DNA of 60,423 nucleotides from an uncultured Spirochaetia bacterium (GTDB taxonomy: Bacteria > Oederibacteriota > PGYV01 > CAYNMZ01): NCBI GenBank assembly GCA_964398505.1, contig CAYNMZ010000002.1, forward strand, positions 1 to 60,423, read 5' to 3'. The translations under genes and the position numbers were made by a program. The notes beneath the pieces are model-generated. The model was not told where the DNA came from. It searched no databases and was given only the letters and a program-made list of their open reading frames with translations. Each line of letters opens with the position of its first letter. Position 1 is the first letter of the stretch. Positions 47,052 to 54,915 of the stretch are shown here, in pieces.

Positions 47052-47386
47052 AAAATATCACGATAATAATTCCGCCGGCAAGGTTTGATAACGTGAAAAA
47101 AAGGCTCGTGGAAATCGGAGTTTGCGGCATGACCGTATCTGATGTCAGGGGCTTTGGATACGAGAAAAAACGCATGAAACTCCACGATGACAGGGAAATG
47201 ACAGTTGAGCTCTCGGAAAAGGTAAGGATTGACATAGCGCTTAAGGAAGAAGACGTGGAACAGGTTATTTCTGCCGTGACAGAGGAGGCCAGGACAGGCA
47301 GGCTCGGTGACGGAAAAATATTCATAAGCGAATTGACAGACGCGGTGAGGGTAAGGACGGGCGAGCGCGGGGAACACGCTTTGTAA
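47048..47386 (+). CDS. P-II family signal transduction protein, divergent T-loop
   Basis: 112 aa; GMTVSDVRGFG, K58, TGRLGDGKIF, RVRTGERG. ATGA overlap with the TPR stop. Confidence 0.93.
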   Translation: MKNITIIIPPARFDNVKKRLVEIGVCGMTVSDVRGFGYEKKRMKLHDDREMTVELSEKVRIDIALKEEDVEQVISAVTEEARTGRLGDGKIFISELTDAVRVRTGERGEHAL

Positions 47387-47387
47387 A

Positions 47388-47515
47388 GTCCGGAATCCGG
47401 AATCAAGGATAAAAGATAATTTTTATAATAAGGTTTTTGATACAAGAAGTAAAAAAACTCGCAATTGTTTTTTAAATGATTATGACTCCGGACTCCGGAC
47501 CACGGATTTCGGATT
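47388..47515. repeat. Heptamer-built inverted pair flanking an AT-rich spacer
   Basis: GTCCGGAATCCGGAATCA (47388-47405) versus TGACTCCGGACTCCGGAC (47483-47500): 16/18 complementary. Confidence 0.8.
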
Positions 47516-47535
47516 ATAAAAACGCGGAGGACAAT

Positions 47536-47901
47536 ATGGCAAAACGTGTGCTTATAGCGGATGACGCTTCTTTTATGAGGCTTATGCTTAAGAACATACT
47601 TGAAGGCGCGGGTTATGAAGTTGTGGGAGAGGCCGGAAACGGTAAGGAAGCCATACAAAAATACAGGGAATTAAAGCCTGATATGTTGATTTCCGACATG
47701 GTAATGCCGGAAATGGGCGGTATTGACGTCTTAAAGGAAGTGTTGGCGGAGTTCCCGGACGCGAATGTGCTTATATGCAGCGCGATTGGGCAGCAGGCGC
47801 TTGTTATAGAGGCCATACAGGCGGGCGCGAAGGACTATATTGTAAAGCCTTTTGAACAGTCAAATGTTCTTGAGACTGTGGCAAAAATAATAGGTAAATG
47901 A
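47536..47901 (+). CDS. cheY: Single-domain response regulator CheY (copy 1)
   Basis: VLIADDASFMR, SDMVMPEM, SAIGQQ, YIVKPF. ATG 47536 after GGAGG. Confidence 0.9.
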   Translation: MAKRVLIADDASFMRLMLKNILEGAGYEVVGEAGNGKEAIQKYRELKPDMLISDMVMPEMGGIDVLKEVLAEFPDANVLICSAIGQQALVIEAIQAGAKDYIVKPFEQSNVLETVAKIIGK

Positions 47902-47902
47902 C

Positions 47903-48526
47903 ATGACACAGGAAAAGCTAACAGATTTCCAGAGAGACGCGCTTAAAGAACTCGGCAATATTGGCGCCGGCAGCGCCGCCACGGCGCTTTCCCAGCTGAT
48001 AGGAAGGGATGTCGGCCTTGACGTGCCGCGTGTGGCCATAATACCCGTTGAAAAAATCGCGGAAAAGCTGGGTGCGCAGAAAAAAATAGTCGCGGCAGTA
48101 TATCTGCGCGTGTTCGGGGAGATAAAGGCAAGGACACTGCTCATATTCCCGCAGGAAAAGGTAATGCTGCTTCTTGACCTCCTGATGAAAAGGGAACTCG
48201 GCCAGACCAGGGAGTTCGGCGAGACAGAGCAGTCGGCGTTAAAGGAAGTGGGGAACATAATAATATCCTCATATCTTAACGCGATTGCCAAATTCATAGG
48301 GTTGAATTCAGTGCCTTCGGTGCCTGCTTTGGCAGTTGACATGCTTGATGCTATATTTGAGACAGTATCAACAGAAATGGCGGAAATGGGGCCTGAAGCC
48401 ATGCTAATAGAAAATGAAATGACAGAGGAAGTAACAAAGGTTACCAGCACATTACTTATAATACCTGATAAGGATGCCATGGGCCGCATACTTAAGGCCT
48501 TGAACGACACGATGAAAGGCGCGTAA
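47903..48526 (+). CDS. cheC: CheC phosphatase (copy 1)
   Basis: Two S/DxxxExxN motifs: DALKELGNIG and SALKEVGNII. Confidence 0.92.
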   Translation: MTQEKLTDFQRDALKELGNIGAGSAATALSQLIGRDVGLDVPRVAIIPVEKIAEKLGAQKKIVAAVYLRVFGEIKARTLLIFPQEKVMLLLDLLMKRELGQTREFGETEQSALKEVGNIIISSYLNAIAKFIGLNSVPSVPALAVDMLDAIFETVSTEMAEMGPEAMLIENEMTEEVTKVTSTLLIIPDKDAMGRILKALNDTMKGA

Positions 48527-48535
48527 GAGTAAAAA

Positions 48536-49009
48536 GTGGGCGCGATAAAGACCGCGGGCATGGGCGAGCTTAAAATCGGAGGCAACGGGGATACGTTGGC
48601 TGCCTACGGTATAGGTTCCTGCCTTGTGGTGATTTGCAGGGACAAATCAAGGCCGGTTGCCGGCATACTTCACGCCATGTTGCCGGAAAAGCCCGCGAAA
48701 AAAGCCGAAGCTGCGAAATACGTGGATTCAGGCATTGACGCTCTTGTAAAGGAAATGATAGGGCTGGGAACAGGCATTGGCGCGCTTGAGGCCAAAATAT
48801 TCGGCGGAGCCAGGATGTTTGACACAAAGCAGGAAGGCGAGACAATAGGCGAACGCAATATCAGAAAAGCCAGGGAAGTTCTTCAAAAAATGGGCATAAG
48901 AATTACCGGAGATGACACGGGAAGCACATACGGCAGAAATATTGAATATTCTGTCGATGAGAACAGGGCAGTGGTCCGCAGTTTTATGAGCGGCACAAAA
49001 ATAATATGA
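48536..49009 (+). CDS. cheD: Chemoreceptor glutamine deamidase CheD
   Basis: [41 protein letters not shown] start. Confidence 0.92.
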   Translation: MGAIKTAGMGELKIGGNGDTLAAYGIGSCLVVICRDKSRPVAGILHAMLPEKPAKKAEAAKYVDSGIDALVKEMIGLGTGIGALEAKIFGGARMFDTKQEGETIGERNIRKAREVLQKMGIRITGDDTGSTYGRNIEYSVDENRAVVRSFMSGTKII

Positions 49010-50301
49010 ACGGAGGAAAGATGCCGTCCAAAAAAGGCGGGTTCGGGATTGCCGGCAGGCTGGTATTGGCCAATATCTTGATAGGTTTTACTGTAGCCGC
49101 TGTTATGACCATATACATCTGGCTTGAGTCCGTAAGGATACCAAGCCCGGAGTTTTTTATATCAGCCTTGGCTGCCGTGCTTGTGATGGTGGCGGTGAAT
49201 ACAATTATAAGCGTTTTAATGATAACCGGGAAAACCCGTGAGATATCGGAAAAATGTGACAGAATATCATCCGGCGACCTTACTGTTGAGTTTAATTCGG
49301 ATGACAAATCCTTCGGCGCCATATCCTCGGCGCTTTCCAAGACCGTCGTGGGATTAAGGGAAATAGTTGGAAAAGTCAATGAGTCTACCGAAAGCATAAT
49401 GAATCTGGCGGAGAACCTCTCCGCCTCAACCCAGGAAATAAATGCCTCATCTGAGGAAATCTCATCCACTGTCCAGCAGATAGCGCGGGGCGTTGAACAG
49501 CAGGCTGAGCGTACTGTGGATACCTCACGTATAATGGAAAAGATGTCAACCTCAATTCAGGAAGTAGCCCAGAAATCAGAGGAAGTTCTCGCGGCTGCAA
49601 CATCGGCCAGGGACGCGACCGAAAAGGGCATTGGCACGGTCGGCGAAACCATGAAAAAAATGGACGACATAGTCGAGGCCACGAATGTGGCGAAAAATTC
49701 CATAATGGACCTTAGGAACTATTCTGAAAAGATAGAGGAAGTAGTAAATTTTATAACTGAAATCGCCGACGAGACCAACCTGCTGGCCCTGAACGCGGCA
49801 ATAGAGGCCGCACGCGCGGGTGAAGCGGGCAGGGGTTTTGCGGTAGTGGCAGACGAGGTGAGAAAACTGGCCGAACAGTCAGCTAACGCGGCCAAGGACA
49901 TAGAGAAGCTGGTTGAGGAAATACATGAGAAGACCGGCGCAGTTGAGAAGGCGGTTTTGACCGGCGTAAGGGAGACAGAGGAGGGTAAGAAAGCCGCGAA
50001 AATGAGCGGCGACTCGCTGAGAGCCATAAGCGAAGTTGTTGAAAAGACCGTCGGGCTTTCAAAAGAGATTTTCGCGCTTACGCGCGCGCAGGCCGAGGAT
50101 ACTGACAGGGTGGTCAAGGCCGTGGAGGAGATAGCGGCTGTGGCAGAGGAAACCGCGGCAGGCACTGAGCAGGCTTCTGCGTCCACGCAGGAACAGACAG
50201 CCTCAATGCAGGAAATAGCCGCCCAGGCGCAGGAACTGGCCCATACAGCAGAGGCGTTGAGGGCCGGTATTGGAAGGTTCAAACTGAAGGGGGGGCAATA
50301 G
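49006..50301 (+). CDS. Methyl-accepting chemotaxis protein lacking an extracytoplasmic sensor domain
   Basis: TM1, ~9-aa loop, TM2, HAMP, then a signalling domain with [34 protein letters not shown]. Confidence 0.95.
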   Translation: MNGGKMPSKKGGFGIAGRLVLANILIGFTVAAVMTIYIWLESVRIPSPEFFISALAAVLVMVAVNTIISVLMITGKTREISEKCDRISSGDLTVEFNSDDKSFGAISSALSKTVVGLREIVGKVNESTESIMNLAENLSASTQEINASSEEISSTVQQIARGVEQQAERTVDTSRIMEKMSTSIQEVAQKSEEVLAAATSARDATEKGIGTVGETMKKMDDIVEATNVAKNSIMDLRNYSEKIEEVVNFITEIADETNLLALNAAIEAARAGEAGRGFAVVADEVRKLAEQSANAAKDIEKLVEEIHEKTGAVEKAVLTGVRETEEGKKAAKMSGDSLRAISEVVEKTVGLSKEIFALTRAQAEDTDRVVKAVEEIAAVAEETAAGTEQASASTQEQTASMQEIAAQAQELAHTAEALRAGIGRFKLKGGQ

Positions 50302-50303
50302 CC

Positions 50304-50795
50304 GTGGAGAGGAAGGTTGTCGGATTTAAACTCGGCGGTGAAGAGTTCGCCTTTGACATAATGAGAGTTGTTGAAATAATAAAGATCAAGGAAATAACCG
50401 AGGTTCCCACAGCCCCTTCTTTTATAGAAGGAGTGATAAATTTAAGGGGTAAAATAATCCCTATAATAGACCTGCGTAGGCGTTTTAAGATGGAAGGCCG
50501 GGAAAGAGACAAGAAGTTCCGGATAATAATAGTGGAGCTCAGGAAAAGCCAGCTTGTGGGTGTAATAGTTGACGAGGTGGAAAAAGTAATGGTTGTGCAG
50601 GATGGGCAGATGATGTCGCCGCCTGCAACAGTCACAGAGGCCGGAGCGAGGTACATTGAGGCTGTGGCGAAAATTGAGGACAGGATAGTTGTAATTCTGG
50701 AAATAGAGAAGATATTTTCCGAAGAGGAACAGGAAGGCCTAAAGGACATAAATGAAATGGACGGAGGTAAAATTGAAGAAAGTACTGATAGTTGA
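50304..50795 (+). CDS. cheW: CheW coupling protein
   Basis: VVGFKLGGEEFAF, ITEVPTAPSFIEGVINLRGKIIPIIDLR. Confidence 0.95.
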   Translation: MERKVVGFKLGGEEFAFDIMRVVEIIKIKEITEVPTAPSFIEGVINLRGKIIPIIDLRRRFKMEGRERDKKFRIIIVELRKSQLVGVIVDEVEKVMVVQDGQMMSPPATVTEAGARYIEAVAKIEDRIVVILEIEKIFSEEEQEGLKDINEMDGGKIEESTDS

Positions 50796-51138
50796 CGACA
50801 CAAAGTTCATGAGGGACATATTGAGGGGCATACTCAAAAAAAAAGATATTGAGGTCGCGGCTGAGGCGGGAAACGGCCGCGAGGCAGTGGAAAAATACAA
50901 GGAAATAAAGCCCGACCTTGTTACCATGGACATAATAATGCCGGAAATGGACGGAATAGAGGCTGTAAGGAATATAATTGCCTTTGACCCGTCCGCGAGG
51001 ATACTTATGTGCAGCGCTATGGGCCAGCAGGCGCTTGTGATAGAGGCAATACAGGCCGGTGCGCGTGATTTTGTTATAAAACCATTCCAGCCTACAAGGG
51101 TTCTGGAAGCGGTGGACCGTGCCCTGCAGGAGGGCTGA
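50773..51138 (+). CDS. cheY: Single-domain response regulator CheY (copy 2)
   Basis: VLIVDDTKFMR, TMDIIMPEMDG, SAMGQQ, FVIKPF. TTG 50773 after GGAGG. Confidence 0.9.
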   Translation: MKKVLIVDDTKFMRDILRGILKKKDIEVAAEAGNGREAVEKYKEIKPDLVTMDIIMPEMDGIEAVRNIIAFDPSARILMCSAMGQQALVIEAIQAGARDFVIKPFQPTRVLEAVDRALQEG

Positions 51139-51140
51139 TT

Positions 51141-52208
51141 TTGTCTGAAAAAATCCGCGTGTTGGTTGTGGACGACTCGGCATTCATGAGGAAAGTAATA
51201 CCCCAGATAATACAGGAAGACACGTCCATGGAAGTTGTGGGAACTGCAAGGGACGGCAAAGATGCGTTCAAAAAGGCGGCGGAACTTTCACCCGACGTAA
51301 TAACAATGGATGTGGAAATGCCCGGCATGGACGGGCTCAGCACCATAGGCCTCATTATGAAGGAAAAACCCACGCCGGTAATAATGCTTTCAGCCTACAC
51401 GCCAAGGGGTGCGGAAATAACGCTGCGGGCGCTTGAACAGGGAGCCGTTGATTTTGTATGCAAGCCTTCAGGCGCTATATCCCTTGACATAAAAAAAGTG
51501 CAAAAAGAGCTGCATGAAAAGATACGGGCGGCCGCGAACATAGACATGTCAAAAATTACTCCTGTAGAAGAGGGCGGCGCGGAGGTCAGCAAGGAAAAAT
51601 TTCAGGATAAGACGCCGACCGTTATGGTCTGTATAGCATCATCCACCGGCGGTCCCAGGGCGCTGACTTCTGTTGTGCCAAAAATCACGAAAATGAGCCT
51701 GCCTGCCGCATATCTTGTTGTACAGCACATGTCAGAGGGTTTTACGGCAACGCTCGCGTCAAGGCTGAACTCGCAGTCTGTAATAAAGGTAAGGGAGGCA
51801 AAGGACGGCGAGGAAATACTGGCAGGCACAGCCTATCTCGCGCCCGGAAATTTTCATATGGAAATATTAAGGGACAATGGCAGGTATTTTATCACGCTCA
51901 ACCAAAAACCGCAAAAGAACGGTGTCAGGCCTTCGGCTGATTATACAATGGCTTCGGTAGCCGAGAGGTTTGAGGGTAAAAAGATAGGCGTTATACTCAC
52001 GGGCATGGGTAAGGACGGCGCCGAAGGCGCTGAAAAGATGAAAAAAGCCGGGGCTGTCGTGATGGCTCAGGACAGGGAAACAAGCGTGATTTACGGCATG
52101 CCGCGGGTTGTGACAGAGCGCGGTTTAGCTGACAGGGTTCTGCCGCTTGAAAGCGTGGCAGACAATATAATGGACGAAATTGAAAAGGCTATGGTGCCTG
52201 AAAAATGA
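51141..52208 (+). CDS. cheB: Chemotaxis response-regulated methylesterase CheB
   Basis: REC domain plus ASSTGGP, VQHM and LTGMGKDGA catalytic motifs. Confidence 0.96.
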   Translation: MSEKIRVLVVDDSAFMRKVIPQIIQEDTSMEVVGTARDGKDAFKKAAELSPDVITMDVEMPGMDGLSTIGLIMKEKPTPVIMLSAYTPRGAEITLRALEQGAVDFVCKPSGAISLDIKKVQKELHEKIRAAANIDMSKITPVEEGGAEVSKEKFQDKTPTVMVCIASSTGGPRALTSVVPKITKMSLPAAYLVVQHMSEGFTATLASRLNSQSVIKVREAKDGEEILAGTAYLAPGNFHMEILRDNGRYFITLNQKPQKNGVRPSADYTMASVAERFEGKKIGVILTGMGKDGAEGAEKMKKAGAVVMAQDRETSVIYGMPRVVTERGLADRVLPLESVADNIMDEIEKAMVPEK

Positions 52209-54208
52209 ATATGGAAGGATACAGGGAGGTATTCCTCGAGGAAGCTGAGGAAAACATAGGCAATATGAATTCTGAGCTTCTCGCCTTTGAGAAGGACACA
52301 CGGGATCTGACTCCGGTTGACGGGCTTTTCAGGGCAGCCCACACTTTAAAGGGCATGTCCGCCACAATGGGTTATGACAGGCTGGCGGAATTTACGCACG
52401 CGCTTGAGGACGCGCTGGACAGGATAAGGAGCGGGTCTTTAAAGCCGGAGCAGTCCGTCATCAACCTATTGTACAAGGGCGTTGACGCGGTGCAGGAGTT
52501 CGTCTCGTCCATAAAGGAAAACAACGTTGATTACTCAAAGAGCGCGGCGTCAATTATTGACGAGATAAGGCAGAATTTCAGCTCCGCGCCCGAAGCCGCT
52601 GTTACGGCAAAGCCAAAGCGCGCGGCAGGGGCTCCAAGTCTGGAAATTGAACAGCAGCTTTTGCTCGCGGCCGAGGAGCAGGGGCTTCATGTGCATGAAA
52701 TAGAGGTGAATATCGCCAAAACCTGCGCGTTCAAGAACGTGCGCGCTTTCATGGTCGTCAGAAACCTGTCAGAAAAGGGCGAAATAATAAAGTCCGTGCC
52801 TTCGGGCAGGGACATTGAGGAAGGAAACATAGAGGGCGCCTTAAGGCTTGGTTTTGTGTCCGCAATTGGCGCCGAGGAAATTGAAAAAATCATAATGAAG
52901 ATATCCGAGATTGAATCCGTTAGCGTGAGAACTCTCGGGACGGAAAAGCCGCCTGAAAATGCCGCTGCCAAGCCAGTGCCTCCGGAAAAGGCCGGCAAAA
53001 CAGCCTCAAAAAAGGACAAGGCCGGGGTAACACAGAGCGTAAGGGTCAACATAGAAAAAATAGACGCGCTTATGAACCTGGTGGGAGAACTTGTGATAAC
53101 CAAAATAAGGCTTGACCAGATAACCAGGGAAAAGAAATTCAATATGCTGGTGGAGGCTGTTGACGAGTTTGACAGGATAATAGACGACCTGCAGATAGAG
53201 GTGACCGACGTAAGGATGCTGCCCGTGTCCCAGATTTTTGACAGGTATCCAAGGGTGGTGCGCGATCTCGCCGCTGAAGCCGGAAAGCAGGTTGAGTGCG
53301 AGATAACGGGCGGCGACATAGAAATTGACAGGACCGTTCTTGAGGAAATAAACGAGCCTGTAATGCACCTTGTGAGAAACGCGGTTGCGCACGGAATAGA
53401 AACTCCGCAACAGAGGGAAATGGCCGGTAAAGCGAAAAAGGGCCTGATAAGGTTATCCGCGCGAAGGGAAAGAAACTCCGTGATAATTGAAGTGTCCGAC
53501 GACGGCCGCGGAATTCAGGTGGAAAAAGTAAGGCAAAAGGCGGTTGAAAAAGGCATAGTAACAAGGGAGAGGGCATCGCTCATGACTCCCGAGGAAATTG
53601 TGAACCTGGTCGCGCTTCCCGGATTTTCAACCATGGAAAAAGCCGATCAGGTCGCCGGCCGCGGCGTGGGAGTGGATGTGGTAAAGACCAAGGTTGAGGC
53701 CTTTGGCGGGGTTTTCAGGATAGAGAATTACGAAGGCGAAGGCTGCAAGTTTATAATGAAACTGCCGCTTACGCTTGCTATAATACAATCATTGCTTGTA
53801 AAATGTGGCGGCGCAGTTTACGCAATGCCGGTAATACACACCACAGAGACTATAGAGGTCCCGGCGGCTGACGTCAGGATGATACAGAAAAAAAGAGTGA
53901 TAATACTCCGCGGGGAGGTACTGCCGGTCGTGTCGCTGGCCGAACTGCTGAAAAAACAGAGGAAAGAAAGCGATATTATAAATCTCGTGATAGTTGAGGC
54001 GAGAGACAGGAAAATAGGCCTTGAAGTTGACAGCGTCGTGGGACAGCAGGAAGTGGCGATAAAAAGCCTGGGAGAATTCTTGAAATACGCAAAGGGCTTT
54101 TCCGGCGTGACGATACTGGGCGACGGCTCAATAAGTCTTATAATAGACATACAGGCACTGCTTGAGACAGGAACACTTACCGGAAGTATTGACCAAAATA
54201 ACACGTAA
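52205..54208 (+). CDS. cheA: Chemotaxis histidine kinase CheA
   Basis: Hpt FRAAHTLKGMS, P2 domain, HLVRNAV.HG, DDGRGI, PGFST...SGRGVGVDVVK-like G boxes, C-terminal CheW-like P5. Confidence 0.97.
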   Translation: MNMEGYREVFLEEAEENIGNMNSELLAFEKDTRDLTPVDGLFRAAHTLKGMSATMGYDRLAEFTHALEDALDRIRSGSLKPEQSVINLLYKGVDAVQEFVSSIKENNVDYSKSAASIIDEIRQNFSSAPEAAVTAKPKRAAGAPSLEIEQQLLLAAEEQGLHVHEIEVNIAKTCAFKNVRAFMVVRNLSEKGEIIKSVPSGRDIEEGNIEGALRLGFVSAIGAEEIEKIIMKISEIESVSVRTLGTEKPPENAAAKPVPPEKAGKTASKKDKAGVTQSVRVNIEKIDALMNLVGELVITKIRLDQITREKKFNMLVEAVDEFDRIIDDLQIEVTDVRMLPVSQIFDRYPRVVRDLAAEAGKQVECEITGGDIEIDRTVLEEINEPVMHLVRNAVAHGIETPQQREMAGKAKKGLIRLSARRERNSVIIEVSDDGRGIQVEKVRQKAVEKGIVTRERASLMTPEEIVNLVALPGFSTMEKADQVAGRGVGVDVVKTKVEAFGGVFRIENYEGEGCKFIMKLPLTLAIIQSLLVKCGGAVYAMPVIHTTETIEVPAADVRMIQKKRVIILRGEVLPVVSLAELLKKQRKESDIINLVIVEARDRKIGLEVDSVVGQQEVAIKSLGEFLKYAKGFSGVTILGDGSISLIIDIQALLETGTLTGSIDQNNT

Positions 54209-54224
54209 ACAGGGAGCGTAAATA

Positions 54225-54848
54225 ATGTCTGATTCGCAGCTTTTGCATTTGACAGAGGCCCAAGTAGACGCATTAAGGGAAGTGGGAAACATAGGTGCGG
54301 GACACGCGGCCACGGCGCTTTCCCAGCTCATAAAGAAAAAAATAATGATATCTGTGCCCGAGGCCAAGGTAATAGCTTTAAAAGATGTGCCAAACCTGAT
54401 AGGCGACTCCACGAGCATAGTGGCAGGCATAGTGATGAACGTCCTGGGCGACGTGACAGCCAAAATCCTGCTGCTTTTAACAAGGGAGTCGGCGCTTTCT
54501 CTCGCGGACATGCTGCTCCAGAAAAAAGTGGGTTCCTCAAAAGTGCTCTCCGAAGTCGGCAACTCGGCTATCAAGGAGACCGGCAACATATTGTCTGGCG
54601 CCTACATGAACGCGTTAAACGAGTTTCTGGGACTTATGCTGCTGCCCTCTGTCCCAAACCTTGTATTTGACATGGCAAGCGCCATACTTGGTTCCATATC
54701 CGACGGGTTTGAGGGCATGTCGGACAGCATCCTTTCCATAGAGACGCAGTTTTCCGAGCCGAATGAAAAGGCGATAAAGGGTTATTTGCTTCTGATACCC
54801 GACATAGCGTCAGTGAGCGTGCTGCTACAGGCGATAAAGGTTAAGTAA
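54225..54848 (+). CDS. cheC: CheC phosphatase (copy 2)
   Basis: DALREVGNIGAGHAAT and SAIKETGNIL motifs. Confidence 0.92.
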   Translation: MSDSQLLHLTEAQVDALREVGNIGAGHAATALSQLIKKKIMISVPEAKVIALKDVPNLIGDSTSIVAGIVMNVLGDVTAKILLLLTRESALSLADMLLQKKVGSSKVLSEVGNSAIKETGNILSGAYMNALNEFLGLMLLPSVPNLVFDMASAILGSISDGFEGMSDSILSIETQFSEPNEKAIKGYLLLIPDIASVSVLLQAIKVK

Positions 54849-54915
54849 AAAAAAGCAAAATCTTCGGATTGAATCTTTGAAGAAAATGCTCGAATTTGAG
54901 CAAACGGAGAATTGA

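Noticed and set aside
54849-54915. Weak hairpins between cheC2 and the FtsA-like gene as a terminator
   Set aside because: The stems are short and there is no U-tract.
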